The notes beneath the pieces were generated by a model. That model searched no databases and was not told the origin of the DNA. It was given only the letters and a program-made list of their open reading frames with translations. From Alphaproteobacteria bacterium (lineage in GTDB: Bacteria > Pseudomonadota > Alphaproteobacteria > UBA828), in assembly GCA_965220745.1 (NCBI GenBank), contig CBDCQT010000012.1, positions 416,001 through 480,000 on the forward strand: a stretch of DNA of 64,000 nt. Direction: 5' to 3'. This document shows, piece by piece, positions 10,551 to 20,229 of this stretch; the stretch's first letter is position 1, and the number at the start of each line of letters is the position of its first letter. The position numbers and the translations under genes were made by a program.

Positions 10551-10642
10551 ATGCCCGCAGAGACCCTCGACCTCGGCCTCGCCAAGCCGCGCCGGCAGAC
10601 GCGCGTGGTCGTTGCCATGTCCGGCGGCGTCGATTCGTCCGT
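10551..10642 (+). pseudogene. mnmA: Truncated 5' fragment of mnmA
   Basis: Encodes [31 protein letters not shown], then runs into the miniature element and stops at 10691; 4 nt differences from the intact copy. Confidence 0.92.
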
Positions 10643-10735
10643 TGTTGTTCGGCACGTCGGTTGCGCGCCGACCGGCGCAATAAGCTATTGAAGTGGCTCG
10701 ATACTGGGGGGTCACAATTGCACGCCGGGCAACAC
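10642..10735 (+). mobile_element. MITE-like miniature element, copy 1
   Basis: TIRs TGTTGTTCGGC...GCCGGGCAACA; roughly 80-85% identical by eye to the reverse complement of 46708-46802. Confidence 0.8.
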
Positions 10736-11001
10736 ACCAGGCTGTCCACGGTCTCGATCGACCGCATGCTCTGGACCGTCGAGCGCAGGAAGTGCGCCAG
10801 CGGGCGGCCCTCCCGCACCGTGATCAGCAGCTCGGCCTCTGCATTCGCGAGGATCGCGGCCTGACGGCGGAGATGATCTTCGAGTTGCGACAGCCGCGCA
10901 GGCGGATAGATCGGAACCGGGATGCACCCTGCATAGAGAATCCCGGCGAAGGCGTGCAGAAAGCCGGCGCATGTGGGCAGCATCAGGGCGACGCGGGCGC
11001 C
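10736..11001 (-). pseudogene. Internal fragment of a fatty acyl-AMP ligase-like (AMP-binding) gene
   Basis: GARVALMLPT..FLHAFAGILYAGCIPVPIYPP..ILANAEAELLIT; cut at both ends. Confidence 0.75.
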
Positions 11002-12004
11002 GGAACTCGGTGAACAGGCGCGCCGGCTGGCCGCTCTCCCGCGAGCGGGCTTCGGCCAGGTCCAGGTCCGGTTGCAGGCGGTCCGTGAGCCGCGAGTTTC
11101 GGGCGAGGCCGAAGACGTAATCCACGCCGTTCTCCTCGCACCAGGCCATCAGCGCCTCGCGGGCGAAGCCGGAGTCTGCGCGCAGCACGATCTCGACGGC
11201 GGGCCAGCGGGCGCGGATGCGCGCGACGATGCGCGCCACCTCTTCGGCCGCGCCGGCGCTGGCGTCGATGTCGGCCCGCCTCAGCTTGGCCGCCAGCAGG
11301 TGATCGCCGCAGAAGATGTAGAGCGGCAGATAGCAGTAGCAGTCGTAGTAGCCGTGGAAGAAGCGGCCTTCCTGATGGCCGTGCAGCGGGTCGTCGGTGG
11401 CATCCAGATCGAGGATCAGCCGCTCAGGGGCTTGCCCGTGGGCGTCGAGGAAGAGATCGACGAAAAGCGTCTCGATTGCCTCAGGCTCATGACCGATCCG
11501 GCGGTAGCGATGGGCGCCCGAAGGCGCGTGCTCCAGACGGTTCAGCGTCGACTTGCCCGCAAGCGGCGCACAGCCCGCACGCCTGGCCTCCAGACGCCCC
11601 AGCACCACACCCAGAACAGGGTCGTGGCGCAGCGCGTCGTGGTCGATCAGGTCCTCGTAGCCCAACGCGATCCCGAACACCCGCTGGCCCACCAGGGTCG
11701 CGACATCGTGCACCACACGCCCGGCCGCGCGCCCGTCCGAGAAGCAGGCGGCGAAGCGATCCACCAGTCCGATCGCCCGGTCCGTGGCGCCGAGCAGCAA
11801 GGCGCCCGCGTCCGAGGTCATCACGCCGCCGCCGAAATCGGCCACCACATCACGACCATCGAGACGTGCAAACTGCATCGCGGCAGCGCTACACTCTGCG
11901 GGCATCGGGGAACTCCTCTGCAACTGATTAGGTCTTTGTTGCAGAAGAGCTTTCTCACGAGCAGAGCCCCGATGCACACTCTACTCGTGAGAAATACGGG
12001 CTAG
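11002..12004 (-). mobile_element. IS1380-family element, 3'-truncated (transposase starts at 11905)
   Basis: FGGGVMTSDAGALLL, GYEDLIDHDALRHDP, LAGKSTLNRLE, LDLDATDDPLHGHQEGRFFHGYY, RADSGF; end CTAGCCCGTATTTCTCACGAG; similarity stops at RLFTEF. Confidence 0.9.
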
Positions 12005-12184
12005 GCCCGGCTGAGCCGTGCGAGCACCCGCAGTATATCCCAAAGTCTCCAAAATCTGTCGTCCGACGATAAATCGGTCAGGCATGGGGCACAGCATGGG
12101 ACCTCGATGCCGGCCAGGTTTCCTTGCCCCGCGGCGGTGTGCCGCAACGGCCGAGCGCGCTTAGAAACTCAAATCGGTCTTCCC

Positions 12185-12230
12185 TGTAACCGGTCACATG
12201 CGCTATGGTTGGCTCACGTAACCGGTTACA
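12185..12230. promoter_or_regulatory. Two LacI-type operator palindromes upstream of tauA
   Basis: TGTAACCGGTCACA (12185-12198) and GTAACCGGTTAC (12218-12229) flank a TATGGT hexamer. Confidence 0.6.
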
Positions 12231-12398
12231 AATCATAAGACCGGATGCCTTGGGTCAATGGGGAGGATGTCCGCGTGCGCTCCGCCGCGAGACCATCATC
12301 TGAGAGCGAAATGTCGACATGATTGCACGATCGGATACTCACGAGCCCATTGCCGAGACTGGACTCTCAACTACCGCAAATCGAAAGGAGTGCTCGAC

Positions 12399-13373
12399 AT
12401 GAAACGCACCGGCTTCATGGCAGTCGTCGCGGCAGGTGTGGCGATGCTGTTCGCATCGTCCGCGTCTGCCCTCGACAAGATCACGGTCGCCTACTTCCTC
12501 GAGTGGCCGACCGCGAACCAGGTCGCGCAGCTCGAGAAAACCTATGACGAGGCGATGGGCGTCGAAGTCGAGTGGCGCGCCTTCGGCAACGGCAACGAGA
12601 TGAGCCAGGCGATGGTCTCTGGCGACGTGCAAATCGCCTATTCCCAGGGGCTGGTTCCGTGGGTGGTCGCGGTCACCAACGGGTTGCCTCTCAAGCTCGT
12701 CGGCGTGGCGGTGAGCTATGCGGAGGCCGACAACTGCGTCGTCCACGCCGACACCGGCATCACGCAGGCGAATGCGAGCGAGCTTGAGGGCAAGCAGATC
12801 GCGACTCCGATCGGCAACGTGACCCACTACAAGCTCTTGCGCACCCTCGATCACCTGGGAGTGGACGCCTCGAAGGTCAACATGGTGCAGATGAATGGCG
12901 CCGACGCGTCGGTCGCGCTCGCACGCGGAGACGTCGCCGCGGCCTGCGCCTTCGGCGGCCCGCTCCAGCGGATGAAGGAATACGGCGACGAGCTGATGAC
13001 TCCGGCAGAGCAGGAGGCCATCGGCATTCGCGTCTTCGACGTCGTCTCGGTGACCGAGAGCTTCGCCAACGACCATCCCGACCTGCTGCGGAAGTTCATG
13101 GAGGTCACCGATCAGGCGAATGCGGCCTACAACGCGGATTCGGCGCCATTCGTGGAGACCATCTCCCAGGCAGCCGGCATGGACCTCGCGGCAACGGAAG
13201 ACATGCTCGGCATGTTCTCGTTCCCGTCGGCGGCGGACCAGAAGTCGGAGGCCTGGATGGGCGGCACCGTGCAGGCCTTTACCAAGGAAGTGGCGGATTT
13301 CTTCGTCCAACAGGGCCAGCTTGACAGCGCTCTCGACAGCTACGCCTTCGCGATCGACGACAGCTTCCTCTAA
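12399..13373 (+). CDS. tauA: Taurine/sulfonate ABC transporter substrate-binding protein
   Basis: AAGGAG RBS; signal peptide; VAYFLEWPT, AEADNCVV; precedes tauB/C and xsc. Confidence 0.85.
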   Translation: MKRTGFMAVVAAGVAMLFASSASALDKITVAYFLEWPTANQVAQLEKTYDEAMGVEVEWRAFGNGNEMSQAMVSGDVQIAYSQGLVPWVVAVTNGLPLKLVGVAVSYAEADNCVVHADTGITQANASELEGKQIATPIGNVTHYKLLRTLDHLGVDASKVNMVQMNGADASVALARGDVAAACAFGGPLQRMKEYGDELMTPAEQEAIGIRVFDVVSVTESFANDHPDLLRKFMEVTDQANAAYNADSAPFVETISQAAGMDLAATEDMLGMFSFPSAADQKSEAWMGGTVQAFTKEVADFFVQQGQLDSALDSYAFAIDDSFL

Positions 13374-13419
13374 GCGCGACCGAGCGCGACTGCGGCTGGC
13401 AGGCCGCAGATGCACAACT

Positions 13420-13456
13420 CCTCCCTGCCTCCCCAAGCCTTCGGGAGGCAGGGAGG
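13420..13456 (+). other. Strong intergenic hairpin after the SBP gene (mRNA stabiliser or partial terminator)
   Basis: CCTCCCTGCCTCCC-9 nt-GGGAGGCAGGGAGG, 14 bp perfect stem, no U tract. Confidence 0.6.
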
Positions 13457-13578
13457 GCATTTCGCTGCCGATAGCCGGTCCTCGCGCAAAGCGGGGGTCG
13501 GTGCCGTGTGCTCGTGGTGCGGGACGCCTGCGGCTGTTACGGTCCAAGCTCTTTGGGACCCGCGAAGAAGGGAGCGTG

Positions 13579-14382
13579 ATGGACGGGCTGGTCATCGACA
13601 ACGTCTCGATGGTCTTCACCTTGCCCAATGGCGGCAAGGTCCACGCCCTCCAGGACGTCTCGCTGCACCTGAAGCCCGGCGAGCTGATGGCTGTACTGGG
13701 TCCCTCGGGCTGCGGCAAGACCACGCTGCTCAACATTGTCGGCGGCTTTCTGGCGCCGACCGCAGGCCAGGCGCTTCTCAACGGTCACCAAGTGACCGGC
13801 CCGCACAAGGAGCGCGGCGTGGTGTTCCAGCAGGGTGCGCTCTTCGAGTGGATGACAGTCGCCCAGAACGTGAGCTTTGGCCCGCGCATGTGCGGCGTGC
13901 CCCGCGCCGAGATCAAGCAGATCGTACGCCGCCTGCTCGACACCGTGGCGCTACAGGGATTCGCCGACAAGCCGGTCTATCAGCTCTCAGGCGGCATGCA
14001 GCAGCGCGTGGCCCTGGCGCGGTGCCTCGCGAACGACCCGGACGTGATCCTGATGGACGAGCCGCTGGGCGCGCTGGACGCGCTCACCCGCGAGAAGATG
14101 CAAGGTCTCGTGCTCAAGCTGTGGAAGGAGACCGGCAAGACCATCATCCTGATTACCCACTCTGTCGAGGAAGCGCTCTTCCTCGGTGAGCGCCTGGTGG
14201 TGATGGCGCCGCGCCCCGGCCGGATACATAAGGAATACACGCTACCCTTCGCCGAGCAGGGGGTCGAAGGGGACGCGCGCGCAATCAAGGCCCAGCCCGA
14301 CTTCATCACTGCCCGCGAGGAAATCCTCTCCATGATCTGGGAGATGGAGGAGGAGATCATGGGCGGCGCCGACGCACGCTGA
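13579..14382 (+). CDS. tauB: Taurine/sulfonate ABC transporter ATPase
   Basis: GPSGCGKTT, LSGGMQQR, LMDEPLGALDALTRE. Confidence 0.88.
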   Translation: MDGLVIDNVSMVFTLPNGGKVHALQDVSLHLKPGELMAVLGPSGCGKTTLLNIVGGFLAPTAGQALLNGHQVTGPHKERGVVFQQGALFEWMTVAQNVSFGPRMCGVPRAEIKQIVRRLLDTVALQGFADKPVYQLSGGMQQRVALARCLANDPDVILMDEPLGALDALTREKMQGLVLKLWKETGKTIILITHSVEEALFLGERLVVMAPRPGRIHKEYTLPFAEQGVEGDARAIKAQPDFITAREEILSMIWEMEEEIMGGADAR

Positions 14383-14392
14383 CGAGAAGAGC

Positions 14393-15310
14393 ATGGCGGC
14401 GCGCAATCAAAACAAGCAACCCTCGCGCTGGGGCATGTGGCTCGGCATCGCGGACACCTCGTTCACCCGGCAGAAGACGATCAAGTTCGGCGATGCGTCG
14501 GCGGTGAACTCCGGCCGCCTGTGGTCGGTGCTCACTCTGATCCTGCTGATCCTGGCCTGGTGGATCGCGACCATCAGCGGGTTCATCGATCCCCTCTTCT
14601 GGCCGCCGCTCGAGGGCAGCCTCTATCCGTGGGACAACCCCAATCGGGCGAGGCCCGGCGTGGTCGACCGCTTCGTGAGCCTCTTTGTCGACGGCTACCG
14701 CAACATCTCGCTCTGGGAGCACGTCGGGACCTCGGTCAAGCGCGTGCTCCTCGGCGTGATCATCGGCGCGCTGGTGGGGATCCCGCTTGGCTTTGCCATG
14801 GGCCTGAACTCGGTGGCGCGCGGGCTGTTCGACCCGATCGTCGAGTTCATCCGTCCGATTCCGCCGCTGGCGCTGATTCCGCTGGTCATCCTGTGGCTGG
14901 GGATCGACGAGGTCGCCAAGATCTTCCTGCTCTTCCTGGCGGCGCTCTTCATCATGTTGATCGCTGCCCGCGCCGGCGTGAACTCGGTGCAGATCTCCAA
15001 GGTCCACGCGGCCTACTCTCTGGGCGCTTCCAAGTTCCAGGTGCTGCGCCACGTCATTCTGCCGAACGCCTTGCCGGAGATATTCACGGGGCTGCGGACC
15101 TCCATGGGCGTCTGCTGGGGAACGCTGGTCGCGGCCGAGCTGGTGGCGGCGGATCAGGGCGTCGGCTCGATGATGATGATTGCGAAGAACTTCCTTCAGA
15201 CCGACGTGGTGGTGATCGGCATCATCATCATCGGCGCGATCGGCTTCGCCATCGAGATGTTCATGCGCTTGCTCGAATCTTGGTTGATCCCCTGGAAGGG
15301 GAAGGGCTGA
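14393..15310 (+). CDS. tauC: Taurine/sulfonate ABC transporter permease
   Basis: RPIPPLA, AAYSLGAS, LPNALPEIFTG, WGTLVAAEL. Confidence 0.88.
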   Translation: MAARNQNKQPSRWGMWLGIADTSFTRQKTIKFGDASAVNSGRLWSVLTLILLILAWWIATISGFIDPLFWPPLEGSLYPWDNPNRARPGVVDRFVSLFVDGYRNISLWEHVGTSVKRVLLGVIIGALVGIPLGFAMGLNSVARGLFDPIVEFIRPIPPLALIPLVILWLGIDEVAKIFLLFLAALFIMLIAARAGVNSVQISKVHAAYSLGASKFQVLRHVILPNALPEIFTGLRTSMGVCWGTLVAAELVAADQGVGSMMMIAKNFLQTDVVVIGIIIIGAIGFAIEMFMRLLESWLIPWKGKG

Positions 15311-15377
15311 TGTCCCGGACCTTGTCCAAGTTTGTCTGGCCGCAATGCGGGAACGAAAGGAACAGGAACGTAACGCC

Positions 15378-17144
15378 ATGAGAATGACGACTGAAGAGGC
15401 CTTCGTGAAGGTCCTGCAACGGCACGGAATCGAGCACGTATTCGGCATCATCGGCTCGGCCTTCATGCCGATATCGGATCTCTTCCCGAAGGCCGGGATC
15501 ACCTTCTGGGACGTGGCCCACGAGAGCAACGCCGGCTTCATGTGCGACGGCTATACCCGCGCCACCGGCAAGATCGCCATGTGCATCGGCCAGAACGGCC
15601 CCGGCATCACCAATCTCGTGACCCCGGTGAAGACCGCGTACTGGAACCACACCCCGCTGTTGCTGGTGACCCCCCAGGCGGCCAACAAGACCATCGGCCA
15701 GGGCGGCTTCCAGGAAGTGCCGCAGATGGCGCTGTTCGAGGAGATGGTCTGCTACCAGGAGGAGGTGCGTGATGCCTCCCGCATGGCCGAAGTCCTCAAC
15801 CGGGTGATCGAGAACGCGGTGCGCCAGTCGGCGCCGGCGCAGATCAACGTGCCGCGCGATCTCTGGACCCAGGAGGTCGATATCGAGCTGCCGCCGGTGG
15901 TGCATCTGGAGCGCGCCGCGGGCGGCGAGGACTCGGTGGCGGAAGCCGCGCAGCTGCTCTCGGAGGCGCGCTTCCCGGTCATTCTCTCCGGCGGCGGCGT
16001 GGTCATCGGGGGCGCGATCGATGAGTGCCGGGCGCTGGCCGAGCGCCTCGACGCGCCGGTCTGCTCGGGCTACCAGCACAACGACAGCTTCCCCGGCTCG
16101 CACCCGCTTGCCGTGGGTCCGCTGGGCTACAACGGCTCCAAGGCCGCGATGGAGCTGATAGCGCAGGCCGACGTGGTGCTGGCGCTCGGCACCCGCCTCA
16201 ACCCATTCTCGACGCTGCCGGGCTACGGCATCGACTACTGGCCGAAGGACGCGGCGATCATTCAGGTGGAACTGAATCCGGATCGCATCGGGCTGACCAA
16301 GAAGGTGACGGTCGGGATCTGCGGCGATGCCAGGAAGGTGGCGCGCCAGCTACGCGAGCAGCTGTCGGCCGGCGCCGGCGATGCCGGCCGCGAGGAACGC
16401 CGGGCGACGATCCACAGCACCCGCTCGGCTTGGCTGCAGACGCTTGCCGGCATGGACCACGAGGACGACGATCCCGGAACCACCTGGAACGTGGACGCGC
16501 GAACGCGCGAACCCGACCGGATGTCGGCGCGGATGGCGTGGCGCGCGATCCAGGACGGCTTGCCTAAGGACGCCATCATCTCGTCGGACATCGGCAACAA
16601 CTGCGCCATCGGCAACGCGTATCCCACCTTCGAGGAGGGCCGGAAGTACCTCGCGCCCGGCCTCTTCGGCCCGTGCGGCTACGGCTTTCCGGCCATCCTC
16701 GGCGCCAAGATCGGCTGCCCGGTCGTGCCGGTCGTGGGCTTCGCCGGCGACGGCGCCTTCGGCATCTCCATGAACGAGATGACCTCCATGGGGCGCGAGG
16801 GCTGGCCCGCGATCACCATGGTGGTCTTCCGCAACTACCAGTGGGGCGCGGAGAAGCGGAACTCGATCCTCTGGTACGACAACAACTTCGTCGGCACCGA
16901 GCTGAATCCTAACCTGAGCTACGCCAGGGTGGCGGACGCCTGCGGGCTGAAGGGCGTCGCGGTGAGCACCATGAGGGAGCTGACGACGGCGCTCCGAGAA
17001 TCCTGCGAGGCGCAAGCCGACGGGGTCACCACCTTCATTGAGGTGATCCTGAACCAGGAGCTGGGCGAGCCCTTCCGGCGCGATGCGATGAAGAAGCCCA
17101 ACGTGGTGGCGGGCATCGACGGCGCCGACATGCGCCCCCAATAG
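15378..17144 (+). CDS. xsc: Sulfoacetaldehyde acetyltransferase (ThDP)
   Basis: [60 protein letters not shown]. Confidence 0.95.
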   Translation: MRMTTEEAFVKVLQRHGIEHVFGIIGSAFMPISDLFPKAGITFWDVAHESNAGFMCDGYTRATGKIAMCIGQNGPGITNLVTPVKTAYWNHTPLLLVTPQAANKTIGQGGFQEVPQMALFEEMVCYQEEVRDASRMAEVLNRVIENAVRQSAPAQINVPRDLWTQEVDIELPPVVHLERAAGGEDSVAEAAQLLSEARFPVILSGGGVVIGGAIDECRALAERLDAPVCSGYQHNDSFPGSHPLAVGPLGYNGSKAAMELIAQADVVLALGTRLNPFSTLPGYGIDYWPKDAAIIQVELNPDRIGLTKKVTVGICGDARKVARQLREQLSAGAGDAGREERRATIHSTRSAWLQTLAGMDHEDDDPGTTWNVDARTREPDRMSARMAWRAIQDGLPKDAIISSDIGNNCAIGNAYPTFEEGRKYLAPGLFGPCGYGFPAILGAKIGCPVVPVVGFAGDGAFGISMNEMTSMGREGWPAITMVVFRNYQWGAEKRNSILWYDNNFVGTELNPNLSYARVADACGLKGVAVSTMRELTTALRESCEAQADGVTTFIEVILNQELGEPFRRDAMKKPNVVAGIDGADMRPQ

Positions 17145-18145
17145 TGGACATCGTCGAACGCCTCATCGCGCAAGCGAAACAGCGTCGGCGCACTGTCGTC
17201 CTGCCGGAGGGCGACAATCCGCGAATCCTCCAGGCGGCGCGGCGGCTGCACGACGAAGGCATCGCCCGGCCCGTCCTGATCGGGGCGCGTGGGGCGCTGG
17301 AAGAGACCGCCGCGGCGGCCGGTACTTCGCTCGACGAGATCGAAAGCGTGGCGCCGGCAGAGAGCGGCGCGCTCGACGCTTACGCCGCGCTATACCTCGA
17401 AGGCCGGCCGAAGGCGAACGAGCGGGTAGCGAAGCGCCTGCTTGCCAAGCCCTTGTTCTACGCGGCGATGGCGGTGAAGGCCGGCGATGCCGATGCGCTC
17501 GTGGCCGGCGCCAGTCAGCCCACGGCGCGGGTCATCGAGGCCGGGCTGATGTCGGTGGGTCTCGCGGACGGCATCGCGACGCCGTCGAGCTTCTTCGTGA
17601 TGGTGCCGCGTAGCGGGGGCGAGCCGCTGGTCTTCGCCGACTGCGCGGTCAACGTCGAGCCGGACGCGGAGGCGCTCGCGGATATCGCCATCGCCTCGGC
17701 CGCGAGTGCCGAGCGCCTGCTCGGCGTGCCCGCGCGAGTGGCCCTGCTCTCGTTCTCCACCCATGGCAGTGCGAAGCACCAACGCGTCGAGAAGGTCCGC
17801 CGCGCCGTGGAGATCGTGCGTGCGCTGGCGCCGGGAATCGCTATCGACGGAGAGCTACAGGCGGACGCGGCCCTCGTGCCGCGCGTCGCCAAGCTCAAGA
17901 CGTCGCGCGGAACGCGCGCGGAGCACACCACGAGCCCAAGCGACGTGGCAGGGCGGGCCAACGTTCTGGTGTTCCCGGACCTCGACGCCGGCAACATCGG
18001 CTACAAGCTGTGCGAGCACGCTGGCGGCATGCGCGCGATCGGCCCCTTCCTGCAGGGCTTCGCCAGGCCACTCTGCGATCTCTCGCGGGGCGCGACGGTG
18101 GATGACATCGTGGCCGCCGCAGCCATCACCGCTGCGATGGCCTGA
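17144..18145 (+). CDS. pta: Phosphate acetyltransferase
   Basis: [47 protein letters not shown]. Confidence 0.9.
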   Translation: MDIVERLIAQAKQRRRTVVLPEGDNPRILQAARRLHDEGIARPVLIGARGALEETAAAAGTSLDEIESVAPAESGALDAYAALYLEGRPKANERVAKRLLAKPLFYAAMAVKAGDADALVAGASQPTARVIEAGLMSVGLADGIATPSSFFVMVPRSGGEPLVFADCAVNVEPDAEALADIAIASAASAERLLGVPARVALLSFSTHGSAKHQRVEKVRRAVEIVRALAPGIAIDGELQADAALVPRVAKLKTSRGTRAEHTTSPSDVAGRANVLVFPDLDAGNIGYKLCEHAGGMRAIGPFLQGFARPLCDLSRGATVDDIVAAAAITAAMA

Positions 18146-18149
18146 GCGT

Positions 18150-19292
18150 CTAACCGCGCTCCTCGATCGGCACGTAGTCGCGCGCCTCGGGCCCGGTATA
18201 GAGCAGGCGCGGGCGGATCAGGATGTTGTTCTCCAGCTGCTCCATCGCCTGCACGGTCCAGCCCGGAATGCGGCCGATGGCGAAGATCGGCACGAACAGA
18301 TCCTCCGGGATCCCGTGCAGGTAGTAGACGACACCAGCATAGAAATCGACGTTCACGTTGACGCCGTGCCGAGCGTAGGGGCTCATCGCCTCCACCAGCG
18401 CTTCCAGGATCGCGTGCCAGTGGGGCTCCCCCATCTCCTCGGAGAGCCGCCTGACGCCTTCGCGCATGTGCCTGGCTCTGGGGTCCTCGGCCCGGTAGAC
18501 CCGATGGCCGAAGCCCATGATCGGCTCGCGCGCCTTGCGCTTCGCCTTGACGTAGCCCGCCGCCCTGGCCGGATCGCCGATCTCCTTCGCCATGCGCATC
18601 ACGTTCTCCGCCGCGCCGCCGTGCGCAGGGCCGGAGAGCGCGGCCACCGCCGCGGTGATGCCCGCATGCAGGTTCGCATCGGTGCTGACCACGACCCGCG
18701 CGGTGAAGGACGACGCGTTGGAGCCGTGCTCGGCGTGCAGCACCATGTCGGTGTCCATCAGCGCGCAGGCATCTGCGCTCGGCGTCTCGCCCTTGAGCAT
18801 GTAGAGGAAGTTCGCGGCATGGCCGAGGTCGGTGCTTGCCGGCACCGGTCCGCGGTCGTGGCGGATGTGGTGGTGCGCGGTCACGATCATCGGCACCTGC
18901 GAGGTGAGCCGGATGCCCTTGCGCCGGGTCGCTTCCAGCGAGTTGTCGCCAGTCTCGGGATCGTAGGCGGCGAGCGCGGACACCGCGGTCCGCAGCACGT
19001 CCATGGGGTGCGAGTCCTTGACTGCGCGGATGATGTCGTGGATCGCGCTGGGCAGAACGCGCGCTTCCTTCAGTGCGGCGTCGAAGGCGTCGAGCTCGGA
19101 CCGCGTCGGAAGTTCGCCGTTGAGCAGGAGGTAGGTAGTCTCCTCGAAGGACGAGTGCTGAGCCAGATCGTGGATGGAGTACCCGCGATAGCGAAGCTCG
19201 CCGGCCCGGCCGTCGATCAGCGTGGTCGGCGAGCGGTCGAAACACAGGTCCTTCAGGCCGCGATGCACCTCGGGCTGGTTCGCATCCGACAT
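18150..19292 (-). CDS. Citrate / 2-methylcitrate synthase family protein
   Basis: LRYRGY, HAEHGSNAS, GPAHGGA, MGFGHRVY, DPR, NVDFY, LIRPR. Confidence 0.92.
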   Translation of the reverse strand: MSDANQPEVHRGLKDLCFDRSPTTLIDGRAGELRYRGYSIHDLAQHSSFEETTYLLLNGELPTRSELDAFDAALKEARVLPSAIHDIIRAVKDSHPMDVLRTAVSALAAYDPETGDNSLEATRRKGIRLTSQVPMIVTAHHHIRHDRGPVPASTDLGHAANFLYMLKGETPSADACALMDTDMVLHAEHGSNASSFTARVVVSTDANLHAGITAAVAALSGPAHGGAAENVMRMAKEIGDPARAAGYVKAKRKAREPIMGFGHRVYRAEDPRARHMREGVRRLSEEMGEPHWHAILEALVEAMSPYARHGVNVNVDFYAGVVYYLHGIPEDLFVPIFAIGRIPGWTVQAMEQLENNILIRPRLLYTGPEARDYVPIEERG

Positions 19293-19359
19293 GACTCTTC
19301 GCCTTTCGCCAGTTGGAGATCGAATCGTAGCCGACAGGGCCGGCCAGACAATCGCCTGC

Positions 19360-20229
19360 TTAGCCGAGCCTTGTCTGAAGCGCCCGTCCGACCCCCGACG
19401 GCGTGTCGAGCACCGCGACCCCGACCGCTTCGAGCGCCCTGCGCTTCGATGCGTAGGTGCCCTTGTCGCCCATCACGATGGCGCCGGCGTGTCCCATCTT
19501 CTTGCCAGGCGGCGACGCGGCTCCCGCGACGAAGGCCACGACAGGCTTGGTCATACCTCGCGCGTATTCCGCCGCGTCCTCCTCCATCGTCCCGCCGATC
19601 TCGCCGATCACCACGACCGCGTCGGTGCGCTCGTCGGCGTCCAGAGCCTGCAACGCGTCGCGGGTGGTCGTTCCGACGATCGGGTCGCCGCCGATCCCTA
19701 TGAAGGCAGACTGCCCGAATCCCGCCTGTACGAGGTTGAGACAGACCAAGGTGCCGAGGCTGCCGCTACGGGAGATCACGCCCACGCGGCCGGGCCGGAA
19801 GACGTCGGCCTCGAACGCCGGCATGAAGCCGACGAAGCACTCGCCGGGGGTGACCAGGCCGGCGGTGTTGGGCCCGACGACGGCAGCGCCGTTGGTCCGC
19901 GCCATTGCCAGCAGTTCCATCACGTCCTGCACCGGAACGTGCTCGGTGAGCACGACGAGGCGTGCACATCCGGCCTCGATCGCGTCCTGGGCCGCTGCCT
20001 TCACCCCGAGCGGAGGGATGAAGAGGACCGACACGTCGAACCCGGTCTCGCGCATCGCCTCGCCGGCGCTCGCGTAGACCGGCACGCCGAGATACCGGAT
20101 CCCGGATTTCTTCGGGTTGATCCCGGCCACGATGCGCGTGCCGTAGTTCTGCATGCGCCCGGTCCAGTAGGTGCCCTGCTTGCCGGTGATACCCTGAACC
20201 AGCACACGGTCTGCGCCCCGCACGATCAT
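19360..20229 (-). CDS. SucD-like ADP-forming acyl-CoA ligase alpha subunit (candidate sulfoacetate-CoA ligase)
   Basis: VLVQGITGKQG, GPNTAG, SRSGSL, GIGGD, GEIGG, MGHAGA; ATG overlaps the beta-subunit stop. Confidence 0.88.
   Translation of the reverse strand: MIVRGADRVLVQGITGKQGTYWTGRMQNYGTRIVAGINPKKSGIRYLGVPVYASAGEAMRETGFDVSVLFIPPLGVKAAAQDAIEAGCARLVVLTEHVPVQDVMELLAMARTNGAAVVGPNTAGLVTPGECFVGFMPAFEADVFRPGRVGVISRSGSLGTLVCLNLVQAGFGQSAFIGIGGDPIVGTTTRDALQALDADERTDAVVVIGEIGGTMEEDAAEYARGMTKPVVAFVAGAASPPGKKMGHAGAIVMGDKGTYASKRRALEAVGVAVLDTPSGVGRALQTRLG

Larger units (their letters stand above)
10291..10642 (+). repeat. Left copy of ~350 bp imperfect direct repeat (mnmA upstream region plus 5' end); putative attL
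   Basis: Matches 51920-52277. 10469-10564 is identical to 52104-52199 (96 bp). The last 29 bp, GCCATGTCCGGCGGCGTCGATTCGTCCGT, are identical. The upstream part is diverged. Confidence 0.95.

Noticed and set aside
10642-10735. Miniature element as an integron attC site or CRISPR repeat
   Set aside because: Only two copies, 36 kb apart and inverted; no spacers, cas genes or IntI-type integrase; ends are not in the RYYYAAC...GTTRRRY arrangement
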